Below are positions 61,104 to 64,000 of a stretch of 64,000 nucleotides of DNA, one piece after another. This DNA is from Sphyrna mokarran. Taxonomy: Eukaryota. The first letter of the stretch is position 1. Every line of letters begins with the position of its first letter. Both the position numbers and the translations under genes were made by a program. The stretch lies in the NCBI GenBank assembly GCA_024679065.1, contig JAGIQG010000009.1, positions 81,654,001-81,718,000 of the forward strand. Reading direction: 5' to 3'. Under the pieces are notes generated by a model. The model searched no databases and had not been told where the DNA came from. It saw only the letters and a list, made by a program, of their open reading frames with translations.

Positions 61104-64000
61104 TATTGCAGTGATGGTCTCTTTAATCTCTTACATCCTCTCTTACATCTCCACCACCATCACACCTGGAACTTCTATATCCTGGAATGTCGAGATTCCA
61201 GTCCTGTCCTTCTTTCAATCATATCTCAGTGATTACAACAATCTCATATTTCCCCGTGCTGACCAACTCTCTAAGTTCATCTGTCTGATCAGACAGGCTC
61301 CTTGTATTAAAATAGATGCTGTTTAGTCTTCCAATCCTCCCATGTGCCTTATCAAGCCCAAGTCTTCTCTGCCTGCTGGGCTCACCGACTTTTCCTTCTA
61401 TATCTGACTGAACCTCACTTCCAACTGTCCATCTACTGTGTGTTCATCCCCCACAAAGTATGGCGAAGCCACAAATGATTCCGAATGGTTTGCTCGGGTC
61501 AAAGTGCACAAGCAATGATGGTGACGGGAAAGCCGGTTTGACTTTTACGAAAGTTTCTTTCTGTGTCTCTCCACAATTCCATCGCTGATGTTTGTTTAAA
61601 AACTCAGGGTGGTTGGGGGGTGGGGGGGTGGTGCAGGATTCTTGCTGAGTTCAGCAGGAACCTTCTAATTGAGGCAGCCATTGGGAAGCCGGCGATCGGG
61701 GAGGGGGCCGACAATTGAGGGGATGAGGAGGTGGGAGCCATTGGGAAGGCAATCGGTTGGGGAAGGGAAGTAGGGGCAGGGTCGCTATCAGTGATTGGAG
61801 GGAGAGTTGTGGAAGGCATCAGGGGCTGGCAACTGGGCAAAGGGTATGGGGTTGGGCGTGGGGAGTCAGGGCAGGTGATTGGGGGGGGAGGGTGGGAGGC
61901 CAGTCGATTCGGGAAAGTGAGATGGGGATCGGGGGTCAGGGCCTGTGATCAGGGGAGTGGGGAATTAGATTGGGGAAGATATCGCAAGGCAGGGATGAGG
62001 GAGTGTTGATCCTGGCCTCATGGGTGCGATTAACCCCATCCATTGGTTTAAATCCCTGGCAGATTTTGTGAAATACCGAGTGCCAGCATTTCAACTGAGT
62101 AAATATGCCCAGAAAATGGTGGCAAAATGTCCTGTTTTCCAGCCGCAATAGTTTTTCAGAAAATTTGACCCCATCTTTTGGAGGAAGTTATGGATAAAGT
62201 ATACATTGGACATGACCCACTAATAACACTCTGTCTAACTTCAACTCACTGATTAACCCTCAGTCCACCTCTTGTTCCAATTCAGATGTAGATTTATCTG
62301 ACATGATCTACAACACAGGAGAAGGCCATTCAGCCCGTCATGTCTGTACTAGCTGTTTTACTCGAGTCAATCACTGCTAACGGCTCAGTTTAATCTGTGT
62401 TTTTGGAAAGTGACTGGAATGTTTTGTTCAAGACAGAACGAGTGAGAAACATGAACTGACCAGAAAGAGTCAAAACGGATTTCAAAACAGTCAAAACATG
62501 TTCAACTAAGCTGGTTATATTTGTTAATGAGCCACTAATGTGCTCGATAAGGAAATGTCTCTGGATGTTACTTCATTGTATTTCCAAAAGACATCTGGGA
62601 GGTTCCATATGAGAGGCTGTGAATAAAAATGTAAGCATATGGAATTTGAAGGAAGCTTTTGCCATGGATAAGAAATTGGTTCAGAGACAGGAGACGGAGA
62701 AGGGATAATGTGTGCGTTATTCCAGTCAGCAAGCTGTGAATAGTGATGTCTCCAGGGATCTGTGCTGAACCCTCAGCTTTTCACTGTATTGGTCAATGAC
62801 TAGGGTAAAGGAATAGAGAGACACATATCCAAGACTACTGAGCAGACTAAATGAGGCAGCTTGAAGGAGGTTACAGAGATAGGGATGGATTTGAGAGGCA
62901 GGATGGGATTGTTAAAATCAGGGCATTGCTGGACCAGGTGTCAGTGTAGGTCAGTGAGAACAGAGGGTGATGGGTGAACGGGATTTGGTGTGAGTTCTGG
63001 GTGAGCTGATGATTACAGAGGGTGGTAGGTGTGAGGTCGACCAGGACAGCATTGGAATAGTAACGTTCAGAGGGAACAAAGACACGGATGAGATTTTCAG
63101 CAGAAGATGATGTGAGGCAGGAGCACCCGAGAGGTGTTGCCATGGTGGAAATAGGTGTTCTTAGTGATGGAGTGGATGATGTGGTGGGAAAGACATCTCA
63201 GAGTCAAATACGACACCATGGCTGTGGACTGTGTGGGTGAGTGTCAGACACTTCAAAGGGGAAGGGATGGAATCAGTGTTGAGGGAACAGAGTTTGTGAT
63301 GGGGTCTGAAGATAATGGCAGATGGAATTCAATGTGGAGAGTGTGAAAACATCCAGTTTGGATCGAGGAAAGAGCGAGCAGAGTAAACTTTGTGATGTGG
63401 AGGATTTGTCGCAGGGAAAGGGCAGGGGGGAGGAGGGTGGTGGGTCAGATCAGGGTCAAAGTTGAGGCCAATGTTGTAGAGTGTGTGGTTGAGCAGCAGA
63501 CAGTGCTCAGGGGGGAGGGATGGAGTTTGTATCGGGAGCTGAAGACCACGGCTTTGATCTTCCCAATGTGTTTCCCAGTGAGCCTGGCTCCTCAGTCCTG
63601 ACTGCTCTGAGCTGTTGTTCTTTTCACTGATTGGACAGTTATTGTTAGAGATTCAGACCACAGCACAAATCCCCAGTGTCAAAAATAACTGCAAAGATTG
63701 TCAGATCGGAAGATTGAAACGTAACCAACAGAGGAAGTGAAAGAAGGAGCTCAGAGCAGCTGGATGTTTGTTACTGAGACGGGAGAAAATGGTGAACCGT
63801 GTTCACTATCTCCAATCTCCCAGCACAGAAGGCCCAGTGGGATACAGTCAGGAGGGAGTTATCCTGGGACATCACTGCAGGAGTTCCTCAGGCTCGTGTC
63901 CGAGACACAACCATCTTCAGCTGCTTCAGTAATGACCTTCAGAAGTGGGGATGTTCACTGATGATTGCACAATGCTCAGCACCATTCACAACTCCTCAGA
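61104..64000 (+). repeat. Start of a third repeat unit (probably upstream of another cluster outside the window)
   Basis: Homologous to 101-~4200 and 32689-~35370. Confidence 0.85.

Noticed and set aside
1-64000. Species assignment
   Set aside because: Ig class and repeat families indicate a shark or related elasmobranch, but the species cannot be determined without a search.

Overview
This window is eukaryotic genomic DNA from a cartilaginous fish (shark-type), not prokaryotic. It holds two complete, tandem, same-orientation immunoglobulin light-chain miniclusters (leader-V-12RSS / 23RSS-J / C) of the kappa-like class (shark type III / NS4-like). They lie in a ~28-33 kb segmental tandem repeat (anchors 101 = 32689 = 61104); a third repeat unit starts near 61 kb. 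Cluster 1 V carries a CGA>TGA stop. Cluster 2 V is intact, and its C exon is triplicated; the middle copy is indel-ridden and may be an assembly error. The rest is CR1-clade LINEs (several young, unit-specific, with target-site duplications), tRNA-derived HE1/V-SINE-like SINEs, Penelope-like elements with inverted repeats and hammerhead motifs, a decayed Gypsy-type pol, and minisatellites. The cluster organisation itself is established shark biology. The less obvious signals are: germline V divergence concentrated in the CDRs as tandem substitutions, a 61-bp heptamer-bearing minisatellite between V and J, a CR1 family that appears to carry a captured SINE in its 3' UTR, ETS-IRF composite motifs at the promoters and in inverted flanking blocks, and a non-canonical F-A-K-G J motif. 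All comparisons were made by eye; no searches were run.
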